A stretch of DNA of 64,000 nt from Octopus sinensis (GCF_006345805.1 NC_042999.1:63116001-63180000), one strand, 5' to 3'; positions 1 to 12,390 are shown, numbered from the stretch's first letter. Notes: a model not told the origin generated them from the letters alone. Made by a program: numbers and translations.

Positions 1-162
1 CGAATCTGAGAACATCAACATATGTAAATACTGAGCCCCAACAAAATAAATATAAAAATTTGAAGTTGGTAATTCAGAGTAGCTGTTAAAGCAATAACTG
101 AGAAGCACACAAGTTAACTTGGTAGTAATAATGACATAGTAGTAATAAGGTGATTGTGTGTT

Positions 163-1015
163 TGCAGTATTGAATGAACCAGACCTGCAAGAACTTGCCA
201 CTTGTCTCGCAGAAGCAGCAAAAGCCTTCGGACTGACCATTAGCCTGCGAAAAACTGAAGTGATGCTTCAGCCTGCACCTGGCCTGACACCTCCTGAGAT
301 TGAGATTGAGGGCACAACTCTGAACAACGTAGAGAGCTTTACATACCTGGGAAGCTGCCCGTCCTCAAACAGCAGCATGGACAAAGATGTCTCCATGAGG
401 CTTGCAAAAGTAGGAGCTTCGTTTGGCAGACTTTGGACACGTATGTGGGCTGAAAGAGGCATCAGACTTTCCACCAAGCTGCCAGTCTATAGGGCAGTTG
501 TCATCACCTCTCTGCTCTATGACTGTGGGATGTGGACGCTGTATAGGAGGCAAATGCGAATACTTGACCAGTTCCACCTCTGTTGCTTGCAACGAATCAT
601 GGGAATTTCCTGGGAGGACAGAGTCTCCAACACTGAGGTGCTTTGCAGAGCCGAAGCCCTCATCATGAAGGCCCAGCTCCAGTGGGTTGGACATGTAGTG
701 CGAATGGATGACGCACATCTACCAAAGATGATCTTCTCTGAACGGGCTACTGGAGCAAGAAACCCTGGAAGGCCACTGAGGCGATACAAGGACAGCCTAA
801 AAACTTCCCTTGAAGCTTGCAACATTTCAGCCCGTGGCTGAGAATCACTTGCCTCTGACTGCGGCGCCTGGCGTCCAGCTGTCCAAAAGGGTGTTAGGCT
901 GTTTGAGGAAAAGTGCCTCAATAGCCTGGACCAGAAACGACAAGCCTGAAAAGAGAGGATCCCCAACCCTACTTCTGCTGTTACGTGCCCAACATGTGGC
1001 CGCGTCTGCCTTTGG
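163..1015 (+). mobile_element. RTE-clade (BovB-like) LINE, 5'-truncated 3' portion: reverse transcriptase C-terminal half plus start of the C2H2 zinc finger
   Basis: ORF 158-841 reads LNEPDLQELATCLAEAAKAFGLTISLRKTEV...FTYLGS...LDQFHLCCLQRIMGISWED...QLQWVGHVVRMDD...PKMIF...GRPLRRYKDSLK, typical of RTE/BovB RT downstream of the YADD motif. The frame continues through two TGA stops to TCPTCGRVC (Zn-finger Cx2C) and is cut off by a SINE fragment. Confidence 0.92.
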
Positions 1016-1019
1016 GTTC

Positions 1020-1140
1020 CACCCGAGGCTATAGTAGAAGACACTTGCCCAAGGTGCCATGCAGTGGGACTGAACCCGGAACCATGTGGCTGGTAAGCAA
1101 GCTACTTACCACACAGCCACTCCTACACCTACTTAACTCT
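1020..1140 (-). mobile_element. SINE family A (tRNA-derived), head fragment
   Basis: Reverse complement of the head AGGAGTGGCTGTGTGGTAAGTAGCTTGC...GGTTCAGTCCCACTGC, with A- and B-box-like motifs; the same head recurs more than 20 times in the window. Confidence 0.85.
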
Positions 1141-1820
1141 TCGGCACACACCATACATGTAACCACAACTATTTCCCTAAGTCGATCTCAGTGGGATTTG
1201 AACTCAAACAGTAAATGGGATGGAAAAAAATGCTACAAAGCATTTTGTCCAAGATGCTAATGATTCTGCCAGCTCATTACCTTTTACATTTTACTACTGC
1301 TAATTAAACTCTTCTCCCACACACCATACATACAACTACAGCTGTCTCCACCACTAACACAATCACCACAAAACAACTACCCCAGCTTCCCACTTCCACA
1401 CCCTAGCTATCACAGCACCTAACCCCATGAACGCAGCCACCCCTTTAATATAGCTACCATTATAATTCCATTTCTACTAAAACTACCACTACTACTTACC
1501 ACCACTCACATAACCTTATAAACTTTCATCAACATCATAATCATTTTCACAATTATGCACTGTTGCCATTAACACTACCACAATGCAGTGTCAACTAACA
1601 CTTACTTAAATCACAATAATTATACAGAGAATTTTAATTAGTTAATGACCCGAGTCCAATAACATGTTAACACCCATTTTCATTCTGAGCCCTCTTGGCT
1701 GAACAAGGTTTTACCAATTCCCATGAGAACAAAACACAGTTCCATGAACTATTGCTGAAACAAAAAGAAATTAAACCACTGAAAGTAAATTACAAATACA
1801 CACATGCACACACCACTTTA

Positions 1821-2203
1821 TTTTTTACTAGTTTCAGTCATTAGACTGCAGCCATGCTGGCGCACCGCCTTTAGTTGAGCAAATCGACCCCAGGACTTAT
1901 TCTTTTTAAGCCTAGTACTTATTCTATCGGTCTCTTTGGCCGAACCACTAAGTTACAGGGACGTAAACACACCAACATCAGTTGTCAAGTGATGTTGGGG
2001 GGGAGACAAACACAGACACACACATACATACATATATATGACGGGCTTCTTTAAGTTTCCGTCTACCAAATCCACTCACAAGGCTTTGGTCGGCCCAAGG
2101 CTATAATAGAAGACACTTGCCCAAGGTGCCATGCAGTGGGACTGAACCCGGAACCATGTGGTTGGTAAGCAAGCTACTTACCACACAGCCACTCCTGTGC
2201 CTA
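1821..2203 (-). mobile_element. SINE family A, full-length copy
   Basis: tRNA-like head, central (CA/TA) microsatellite and 3' end ...CAGTCTAATGACTGAAACTAGTAAAA on the minus strand; colinear with the 46891-47278 copy. Confidence 0.9.
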
Positions 2204-2429
2204 TACTCATTGAGAACCAAGTAGAAGGCCTCTACACAGCCACTATCATAGATTCCCTCAAATCATACCCTACCATCTTAAAAGAGGATACATTGGAGAA
2301 TGTATTCCAAGGAATATTTTGTCTGAAAACAGATGATCATGGTTACATTAGTTTTGAACCAGAGCTGATCTAGCGCTAAACAAATCTATCTATCTATCTA
2401 TCTACATACATACACATCTACATACATAT

Positions 2430-2600
2430 ATAGATAGTTCCATGATAGTGAGACATGGGCATCAAATGTGGGAGACTTGCTAAGATTAGAAAGAAATGAA
2501 GATAGTATGCTCCAATAAATGTCTAATGTAAAATGAACTAAAGGGTAAACTTGATATAAAAGGAGTCAGGTATAGTGTGCAAGAGAGAAGACTGTATTAG
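2430..2600 (+). mobile_element. Degraded RTE LINE 3' fragment
   Basis: Translates as LLRLERNEDSMLQ*MSNV...LDIKGVRYSVQERRL, matching the RTE post-RT RLERNEASMLRWMC...ERRLRW pattern. Confidence 0.6.
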
Positions 2601-3214
2601 TACATGACTTCATATGCATCACATGCAGATTTTCTACAGCCAGATGCCCTTCCTATTGCCAATCCTTACCTGCTTCCAAGCAAGGTAATATTTCCCCCTG
2701 GCTAGATATTTGTTTTTGTTATAGGAGACTGGAAATAAACAACCTTACTTGTATGATGACAATGCTCACCAAATGTACACAACTACACACACGACAGACT
2801 TCTTTCAGCTCCTGTTGACCAAATCCACTCCCAAAGCTTTGGTTGACCCAGACTATGGTGCAAGACACTTATCCAAAGTTCTCCACAATGGGACTGAACA
2901 TGAGACCACATGGTTGGGAAGCAAGTTTCTCAACCACAAAGCCATGCCTGCACCCCTACATACATGTATGAATTCTATTATGAAAAGATTAACAGTTACC
3001 AAGTTTCACATTTAATGAAGCTGAATTAATAATGCATTAAAATTTTTTTTTAAATAACTCAATTAATTAAATCAATTTGTCTAAGACTGCCTCTGGTTCT
3101 TTGTTTTAGAGCTGCTTGTTTCAAAATGTTAATATTTAAATTAAAATCTTCCATAATAATGTAAGAATAGTTTGTTATGTTCCAGATACCAACTTATTGT
3201 TAACGTGACTCTAC

Positions 3215-3830
3215 CATAAGGGAGTGAGTTGGCAGAATTGTTACCACGCCAGGTGAAACGTTTAACAGTATTTCGTCCATCTTCATGTTCTAAGTTCATA
3301 CTCCACCAAGGTCAACTATGTCTTTGTAATTGACAATCTCCTTCCCCCAAATTTCAGGCGTTGTGTCTATAGCAGAAAAGAATATTACTCTACCATCCTT
3401 AAGTGGCAAGCTGGCAAAATTGTTAGTACACCAGGCAACATGCTTAGTGACATTTTGTGTCTTTACATTTTGGGTTCAAATTCCATAGCGGTTGATTTTG
3501 GCTTTCATCCTTTTGGGGTTGATAAAATAAGTACCAGTTGAACACTGGGGTCAATGTAATCAACATACCCCACCCCCCAAACCTACTGGCTTGTACCAAA
3601 ATTTGAAACCAATATTACTCTTCCATCTTGAGGTGAAAAGCTGGTAGAATTGTTAGCGCTTAATGGAATCTGAGTGTCTTTATGTTCTGAGTTCAAATTC
3701 TGCCAAGGTTGACTTTGCCTTTCATCTCTTCAGGATTGATAAAATAAGTACCGACTGAGCACTGTGGAGTCGATGTAACTGACTTGCCATTGAAATTGCT
3801 GGCCTTGTGTCAAAATCTGAAACTAATATT
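3215..3830 (+). mobile_element. Three adjacent degraded SINE family B copies
   Basis: Three repeats of (G)AGCTGGCAGAATTGTTA...TTCAAATTC...GACTTTGCCTTTCATCC...AAGTACC with CpG sites converted to TG/CA. Confidence 0.75.
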
Positions 3831-4429
3831 ACTCTACTTTCTTGAAAAGGGAGGGACACATATAATGTAGTCCTTGACATGCAATGTGCAAGAGAATGAA
3901 ATGGTCATGAACAAAATGTTCATTAAATGCCTGTTCTTTCTGGGTGACCAGGAAGAGGGGGGGGAGCTCAACAAGAACAGCTAATACATCAAACAACATT
4001 ATTTTATATCTTCAAATCCATTCTCTACTACTGAAATATAAGCAGTGTATTTCATTAGAAATATGGCTATGAAAGGGTTGTAATAAAATAATGAGATGTA
4101 CGCTCAATAAAGAAACAGGTTTACAAGAACATATGTTTCAAGTTAGGCCCTACTTTGCGATGGAAGTATAATTTAGCTGATTAAATTAAATGCAAAAAAC
4201 AAATGGTGAAATATTGCAGTTGGAATTCTTTTTAGTTTCTTTTCCTATTGCAGCAAATACTTCCATCCCTGCCCCAGTGTCATACCATTATTATCGTTGA
4301 AAGAAAGCGACATATACAAACACACACACAAATATACATACTTATTGAGGAAACCAGAGTATATACATCCTTTTTTCAAATGACTTGAAATGTTATGTTT
4401 ATATAACATAACGTAGAGACAGAATAATT

Positions 4430-5790
4430 AAGCTGAGATTAGTCATAGCCAACATGATGGGAACAGTTATCTTAGTTTATGCACCACTATCAGGGCTGAT
4501 AAACGAGCAACGGTACTGTTTCAATAAGGCCTCGTAGTAGACCGTCTCAACAACGACATGCTGCCTTGTTATCATGGGTATGATGGGTAACACCAAGATG
4601 GCTTCTCCTGTGTACATAGAGGTTATGGATATGAAACAAGGGATGAAGAATGATCAAGGTTCTTGCAATTCTGTGATGCAAATGATGCAAACATGCAAGC
4701 CAGATACACGTTATTTGCACAAGAAAATGGGATCATTAAAAGGTTATGAATACCATGTCTTTCTCAAGAGTAAGAGTTAGATAGACACAGAGAAAAAGAC
4801 AATCTGGAGAAGGGAAGGTATAGAAGCTGAGAGATCTTTCTAACAAGGTTAAGAGAAGTCCCAATTGACAAGTATGCCAAGAAGCAGAGGTAGACACTTA
4901 TGACAGAGAGTGTCATTGAAACAGCCTGCTGTGAGGCATGGATCAGATCTGTAGTTGGAACAAGGAACTAACTAAATGGAAAGTTACTGGCATGTACAGT
5001 AGATAGGATTATGGGGGGTAAAAGCTTGAAATAAACAGGAGTGCATGGAACAATATTAGGTAACTAAAAATGATGTTAGGTACCAGCTAAACATAGAACA
5101 GAGAAAATCTGTTAAGAGGGTGACCAATGTTCTGTGAAGAAAGGACCAGAAATATGCAGTGTTCCACATTGTAAAGCAGTATACCAGTAGATCAAACAGA
5201 AGGAGCAGCTTTTGAGGTTGATGCTTGAAAGTTGCAACTATAGCAGGTGCACTATTAAGGGCCAGTTAGTCAGACACTGAGAATATTCAGCTAAGTAAGG
5301 CAAGTGTTAGTCAATAACATAGCAAGCCAAGCAGTAAAGGGAAGTATCAAACGCAATGAGTGAAGGTGATATATATCAACATCAACCATTTACAAGAGCA
5401 AAAGAGATGTTCTAGAAGACAATGACAAAGGCACCAAACTGATGGAAAAAGTTATGAAACTATCAGAAAGTGATGGCACAACTAATTAGGAAGAGAATTA
5501 ACTTACACGAGATGAAGTTCTGGTTCATGGTACAAAGATATGGTAAACTGATATCTATTCCTAGTAAAACTGTAACAGAAATTCCTGGCTAAGAGTAAGC
5601 TAGTATAATTAGTATTTGTTGATCTGAAAAAGGCCATTGAAAGGGTTGATGGTGGATGCAAAGAAAAATGGGTGTAGATGAATGGCATATGGATTTGTGT
5701 AAGCCAGGCCATTGTGATGCTGTCAGTAAGGTGAAAGTTGGCAATGAGTTCAGCAAGGAATTTAGCAGGTTGGTAGATGGCCATCATAGC
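4430..5790 (+). mobile_element. Highly degraded RTE-clade LINE (APE endonuclease to RT region)
   Basis: About 4620-4690 translates GYGYETRDEE*SRFLQFCDAND (APE endonuclease motif). About 5720-5765 translates AVSKVKVGNEFSKEF (RT region just before the GVHQG motif). Many stops and frameshifts. Confidence 0.75.
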
Positions 5791-6125
5791 ATGCTGGACT
5801 TTCTTTCATTAAGTAAAGAACAAATTGTAATTCTATTCTTCACTTCAAGAAAGAATCCATTTGTTTCCTTCAGAAATTATATTTTACTCATAAGCATTTC
5901 ACATGGATATCTTGAATTAAAACCAACTAATTTGTAAGAAAAGATACAACCTAAATTTCGGCCACAATTTGATTGAATCAAATAAAAGGTAAAAGATATA
6001 TGCAACAAAGCTTTCATAAACTAGAATCCCCATAAACAAGTATAACTCTTAACAAAATTATAATCCCAATGAAAGACAAGCATGCAATAGCAATATATGG
6101 TATAATACATACAACAAAACCACTA

Positions 6126-6505
6126 TCTCTATATATATAAACGGCAAAATGTGCGTGTGTGTGTGTGTGTGTCCTTTATACAAATCCACAATTTTTCAGT
6201 TAGAGGGCTCACACTTTCTATGGTCATTCAAAACCGTCCAAGGGTGGTCGTGCACATCTTTACAATTCCCCAATCACCCTGTAAAGCCATTAAAAAAATC
6301 AATAGAAGTGACTTTTTGTGAATTTTCTATCCAAAACCCAATCAAAATGTCCGAAACTTGATACGCCAATTGAATGCCAGCTAGCTGTATGTGATTGGTC
6401 GGAGATTTGGACAGTACTTGCATGTATGTGTGGACGCACACACGCACACAGCTGTATATGCATGCACTAGCACTATGACCTGGCAACGCCGGGTCATAGT
6501 GCTAG
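6126..6505 (+). mobile_element. Non-autonomous Helitron-like rolling-circle element
   Basis: 5' A|TCTCTATATATATAAA, internal (GT)n, 3' hairpin ACTAGCACTATGACC-11nt-GGTCATAGTGCTAGT ending CTAG|T, no TSD. A near-identical copy lies in the opposite orientation at 27470-27839. Confidence 0.8.
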
Positions 6506-7234
6506 TAAATTATAAAAAACAAGGATTCTCTTAAGTTTAACCCTACAACAACTAGAATTTTAATAAAAGACAAATTAGAACCTCAAGAATATGCACTCAC
6601 ACATGAGGGTGTGTTTGTGTGTGAGTGTGCATGTGTAAATGTGTGAGTATAACAAAACTACTGTCCCAGAATGACATGTACCAGTATGGCTTGCACAAAG
6701 GTCATTCTTACGGATTAGAAAGGTTTTGAAAGATGTAAGATTAGTGTAGTTAGTAGTGCTTGGATAATTGTTAATAGTTTGTGAGAGGAAAAAAGAGAAG
6801 ACACATGAAAGGACTACATGGAACAGCAACAGCTAGGGCGGAAGATGAACCACAAGTGAATGCTTGATGCACATTTTAGAAATAGATCTCCTGTTTGAAT
6901 AACCGGACCACACCAGCAGACCACCGATAATAAGTTATTTATTTTTCATATGTTCTGTGGAGGGGGAGAGAGAGGGGGGAGGGAGAGAGAAAGAGAGAGA
7001 CGAGATAAGGATGGAGAGAAGGAAGAGAGCAAAACAGGAAGAAGTAAGAGAGAGGTGGTTTTACGTGTATATAAATATAAGGATGACTATATAACAACAG
7101 TTATTCTGAAAACATTGGTATATTATAAAAGTAATAAGAAAAAAAACATTGTTTATCTTATAACTAAAATAATTGATAAAGCTATGTGTGTTTAGTCCAT
7201 ATCACTAAATGTTAGTAGTAGTAGTAGTAATGAT

Positions 7235-7452
7235 GATTTCATATTTTGGCACCAAGGCCAGCAATTTTAAGAGAGGGGACAAGTTGATTACATCAGCCCC
7301 AGAACACAACTGGTACTTATTTTATCAATCCTGAAAATGAAAGGATGAAAGGCAAAGCCGACCTCAGCGGCATTTGAATTTAGAATATAAAACTACAAGA
7401 AATGCTACTAAACATTTTGTCAGGTGTGCTTACAATTCTACCAGCCTACCGC
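7235..7452 (-). mobile_element. SINE family B copy
   Basis: Reverse complement of the family B body (GGATGAAAGGCAAAG..GACCTC.GCGG.ATTTGAA) next to an (AAT)n tract. Confidence 0.75.
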
Positions 7453-7506
<54 letters not shown>

Positions 7507-7510
7507 CATA
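7452..7510. repeat. (AAT)n microsatellite
   Basis: About 18 nearly perfect AAT units. Confidence 0.97.
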
Positions 7511-7534
7511 ATCCTATCGGCGACGATTAGGTAC

Positions 7535-7651
7535 TACACTCACGGAGTGGTTGGCGTTAGGAAGGGCATCCAGCTGTAGAAACACTGCCAGATCAGATTG
7601 GAGCCTGGTCGAACCATCCAACCCATGCTAGCATGGAGAACGGACGTTAAA

Positions 7652-7706
<55 letters not shown>
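7535..7706 (+). mobile_element. SINE family C (RTE-type 3' tail) fragment with (AAT)n tail
   Basis: CACGGAGTGGTTGGCGTTAGGAAGGGCATCCAGCTGTAGAAA...GGACGTTAAATG followed by (AAT)n at 7651-7706. Confidence 0.85.
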
Positions 7707-7707
<1 letters not shown>

Positions 7708-8590
7708 TTAAAAATTGTACTTGAGAGTGCTCATGGATTCCAAACAAGAACAGCCAACAAGAGAGAAGACACTCTACTCTGTATGGAATTACATGGTCAG
7801 TTCCACTGTGAAACCAACAAATTAACAGACCAGGAAGCATCATAGAGGTGGCTCAACAAGCGTGACCTAAAAAGAATACTGAAGGCCTAATCATCATGAC
7901 CCAGGACCAGGCATTGAATACCAACTCAGTGAAAAAGAATATATACCACACAAATGCATCGAAGCTCTGCAGAATGTGTGGGTAGAGGGCCAAAAGTGTG
8001 ATTCACATTGTTAGTGCTTGTGAACATCTTGCGCAGAAAGAATACAAAAGTAGACATGACAAAGTAGCCCCAAACCTCCACTGACTACAATGCTATAAGT
8101 ATGGATATGAGGTTACGGGTGCTTGGTACCAACATACACTGGAAAGGGTAATGGATGAAAAGGGGAAGGCAAAAATCCTCTGGGACTTTGATTTCAAGAC
8201 AAAGTGTTAGAACACCAAAGGCTGGATATAGTAACCTTTAGGAGGGACAAACAAGAGTGCCTAATAATTGATGTGGCAGTGCTAGGAGATCAACATATCA
8301 CCATGAAAGAAAGAGAAAAAGTTGGTAAATATGGATACCTGAGAATTGAGATTGCTAAGGTGTGATAGCCACAAGAGTTGAACATAAAGGTTATCCCTAT
8401 TGTCATTGGAGCATTAGGTTCAATACCAGCCAATCTGGTTGGCATTACATGAAACTGCATGCATATTGCATAAAGAACAGTCTGCCTGAGGTCCTTGTTG
8501 TGACTTGACAAACAGTACAACCCCCCTCCCCCCGGTAGACACAATATCTTCAATCAACAACCTCACGACATTGTATACTGTGCGTCATCC
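7707..8590 (+). mobile_element. R4/Dong-clade non-LTR retrotransposon, 5'-truncated (CCHC zinc knuckle plus restriction-like endonuclease)
   Basis: Translation with stops gives LHGQF...LCRMCG*...HIVSACEHLAQKEYKSRHDKVA (CCHC), KILWDFDFKT, RLDIV, IIDVAV, EKVGKY and IPIVIGALGSIP (PD-(D/E)xK RLE). Flanked on both sides by (AAT)n. Confidence 0.9.
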
Positions 8591-9524
8591 ATAATAATAA
8601 TAATAATAATTATTATTATTATTATTATTTCAAATTTTTGCCACAAGGGCAGGTTGAGGGAGACGAGGATGAGTCTATTACATCGACGCCAGTGTTCAAC
8701 TGAGCCATAGGATCACAGAGTACCTTTCCAAGATTCTGTGGCTTATGTATTCCCCACTGAGTTTTGCTCAGGAACATAATGCATTGCCTGGTCCAGGAAT
8801 TGAAGCTGCAATCTTACGATCATGAGTGCAACACCCTAACCACTAAACCATGTGCCTCCACACACAAACACACATATATATGCAAAGAGAGAGAGAGAGA
8901 GGGGGGAGAGGGAATAATTGTTTTATATGCCATATTTCTGAGGTAAAACAAATATGATGAAAATGACGGTTATGATAATGATAACGTGAACTATTGTCCT
9001 CATATTGCTGTCAGTCTTACTGCATTACAAATTGAAATGAGAGTCTTACTGCATTACAAATTGAAATGAGACGAATTCCTTTCCCCACTCCTGTAATAAG
9101 TCACTTGAACTGAGAAGCCCATTGTATCAGTAACAACATACAAGTATGGTTGTTGTTGTTGTTATTAATGTAGCTCATCTGCTGGAGCAGTCATATAGCA
9201 TGCAATATGGCTATTAGATGCCTAACAGTAAATCATAGGTGAAGCAATCAGGATACACCATGCTTCAATTTCTTGACTGCTCTGAGGACCCCTGCTGACA
9301 CTAAGCACTATATCATCATACAGTGCGGCAGAGGTGGTAGGTAGGTGGGTGGTGGTGGTGGCGGCAGAGTTATGATATTTTTATTTTGTTAGCTGAACTT
9401 TCAACTTTGGTATTTTCTGTACAAAGGAAACTTGGGAACTAAAAGAATATTATAATAGAAGAGTGCCTTCACAGATCCAAATACTACAATTATGACTACT
9501 ACTACTACTACTTCATATTCTTTT

Positions 9525-9880
9525 ACTTGTTTCAGTTGACTGGGGCCATGCTGGAGCACCGCCTTGAATGGCTTTAGTCAAACAAATTGACTCCAGGACT
9601 TTTTTTAAAGCCTAGCACTTTATTCAACTAGTCTCTTTTGCTGAACTGCAAAGTTACAGGGACGTAAACACACCAACACCGGTTGTCAAGCAGTGGTGAG
9701 GGACAAGCATAGGCACAAAGACACACACACACACAACGGGCTTCTTTCAATTTCCGTCTACCAAATCTACTCACAAGGCCTGAAGCTATAGTAGAAGGTA
9801 CTTGCCCAGGGTGTCATGCAGTGGGACTGAACTGGGAACCATATAGGTGGGAAGCAAGCATCTTACAACACAGCTACTAC
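9525..9880 (-). mobile_element. SINE family A copy (older, CpG-decayed)
   Basis: Colinear with the family A consensus with many CG>TG/CA changes. Confidence 0.85.
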
Positions 9881-10968
9881 AAATTTTATGTTACTGAGCA
9901 AACCTATAATCAAAGGCAATCCAACCAGGCCCATCCCATCTTTTTAAAATTGCCTTGGACTGTATATTTCTAAAGGATCCTTTAACTTATTTTAGATAGT
10001 TGGGCAGGATTTGAGCAACATCTGGCTACTATTTCTAGCAGGACAAAAATCACTTAGAGGTTTTTCTTGTTAGCTTAACAAGAGATTCGTAGAGAGTGGT
10101 GGTGGTGGGGATATGGTGGAGGGGACATACTGTGACCATCCTGTCTTTTTAAAGGTTTTTGGACTATATATACCTCTAAAGAATTCTTTATGTAAGATAG
10201 AATGATGTGATTTAAGCAACCTTTAGCTGCTGTTTCTAGCAAGACAAGAGTCACTTAGAGGTTTTCTTGTTGGCCTAAAAGCATATTTGTAGGAGTAGTG
10301 GCAGCAGGAGACCATAGTAAGAATTTCATTTATGGAAATCTAGTGTTTGTTATGAAGATAGCAACAGTAAACCTCAGGGCTAAACTGTCAACTTAGTGAA
10401 TAGAAAGATAATGTGTAGGATTATTGTTTCTTGGGTCCACCCTTTTCTGTGAACCCTTAAGTATCTTTTTTTTTATCTGGTTTAAAAAAAATAAACAAAA
10501 AAAATTCTAATATTATAGTCACCTCCCATTGATCGCTTTAAGGAAGACAAAAAAAAAATAAATAAATAAGTGGGTGGAGGTAGGTCAAATACTTTAATTC
10601 ATGCAGAAGTTTTTAAATGGACATGAAATCATCTTAATCTGTTTAATCCTTCAGCTAATTATAGCCTGTCCACGAGAGTAAACTATTAACAGCAGACTAT
10701 ATTAATAGACTAAAATAACTCAAGTAGCGTGTGTATGTTTGGTATTGTACCATAAAAGGAAGGAGTGGTGGTGGCCAAGAAAGACAAAATAATCTCACTA
10801 TATATATAATTTTTCTTTGTCATTTCCACTTCTCCTTCATAGAGGGTATTGCCCAAAATGTTAATCTCTACTACATCACACAGAAACACAACAATAGTTT
10901 CCATTTCTGAACTGATTCATACTGACACAGTCCCTCACGTGACTGACTATTGACTCTCCTTTATTTAC

Positions 10969-10989
10969 CTGCAGTACACTGACATTACA
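10969..10989 (-). CDS. Candidate 21-nt microexon
   Basis: Minus strand: GCTAAT (branch point)-ttattatttgtAG | TGTAATGTCAGTGTACTGCAG | GTAAAT. Length is divisible by 3; open in phase 0 (CNVSVLQ) and phase 2 (VMSVYC). Confidence 0.4.
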
Positions 10990-11514
10990 CTACAAATAAT
11001 AAATTAGCTGTTCCCCGAAATTGAAAGCGCTAATGCCTCTAGGCCCCTTCCTATACATTCATATTTCAATATTCTCCTTTATCTGTTTAAAGCATTCAGA
11101 AGATGAATTTACAAAAGTCTATGATGGTGATAATGATGATGATAAAGCAAAGAAAAAGGAAATGAATGATACTGCTTGTGTGATTGGTGACACAACCATC
11201 ACCTGATGTCAGCAGGAGACACAAACACACAGATATATGCAATGGGCTTCTTTCAGTTTCCACTTATCCTCTCACAAAGCTTTGGTCGGCCTGAGGCGAT
11301 ATAGTAGATGACATTTGCCCAAGGTGCCATGCAAAGGGACTGAAGCCAAAAATCATTGAAGTTTAATAGTTATTTATTAATAGTTCTCAGTAACTTAATG
11401 CAATGAAGCATTCTTTGATGATCCATTCTGGCTAGGCATCGAAATGTACTGGGAACATCCAATGCAGGGTTCCAAGCATCCGTAATGGTGAAACATACAT
11501 AGGAACTAATAATC

Positions 11515-11750
11515 AAGGCAACGAGCTGGCAGAAATGTTAGCACGCTGGGTGAAATGCTTAACGGTATTTCTTCTACCGTTACATTCTGAGTTCAAATTC
11601 TGCCAAGGTCTACTTTGCCTTTCATCATTTCAGGGTCAATAAATTAAGTACTAGTTACGCACTGGGATTGATGTAATCGACTCAATTTCTTCATCTGTCC
11701 TTGTTTGTCCCCTCTATGTTTGGCCTCTTGTGGGCAATAAAGAAATAAGG
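11515..11750 (+). mobile_element. SINE family B copy
   Basis: AGGCAACGAGCTGGCAGAAATGTTAGCACGC...GTGGGCAATAAAGAAATAAGG. Confidence 0.88.
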
Positions 11751-12057
11751 AACTAATAATATCTATAACACTGAAATGGAATCTGTCCCTCACCATTCCT
11801 GCCTAATGACTTAAACCTATGGTCAATAGCAACATGCTGTATCATATCTGAGCAAAACAAGAGTTCATGTAACGAAATACCTCTTATTACATCACCTGAT
11901 GAAATGTGTCTGCATCAAGGGATGCGCCACAATTAGTTGTATAGTTTCCCACTTGCGAGGGATTGATGCAGGATGTGTCAAAATGATTGTTGTGAGCAAT
12001 AAAATTTCCTGTGCATTCCATTTTTGGTCTCTATCATATATATATATATATATATAA

Positions 12058-12387
12058 GGCACATGGCTCAGTGGTTACAGCGCCTAACTTACGACTGTCA
12101 GGTTGTTAGTTTGAATCCCGGACCGGGCTGCTTATTGTGTTCTTGAGCAAGACACTTTATTTCACCTTGCTCCAGTTCACTCAGCTGTAGAAATGAGTAG
12201 CGACGTCACTGGTGCCAAGCTATATCAGCCCCTTTGCTTTTCCCTTGGATAACATCGGTGGCATGAAGAGGGGAGGCTGGTATGCATGGGCAACTGCTGG
12301 TCTTCTATAAACAACCTTGCCCGGACAGTGCATGGGAGGGTAACATTCTAGGTGCAATCTCATGGTCATTCATGACCAAAGGGGGTC

Positions 12388-12390
<3 letters not shown>
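12058..12390 (+). mobile_element. SINE family D (tRNA-derived) copy
   Basis: GGCACATGGCTCAGTGGTT..GCG...TTGAATCCCGG head, then TTGAGCAAGACACTTTATTTCAC...CACTCAGCTGTAGAAATGAG; flanked by (AT)n. Homologous to 55092-55562. Confidence 0.85.

Noticed and set aside
9013-9070. Perfect 29-bp tandem duplication
   Set aside because: Real, but an ordinary local slippage duplication with no other signal.
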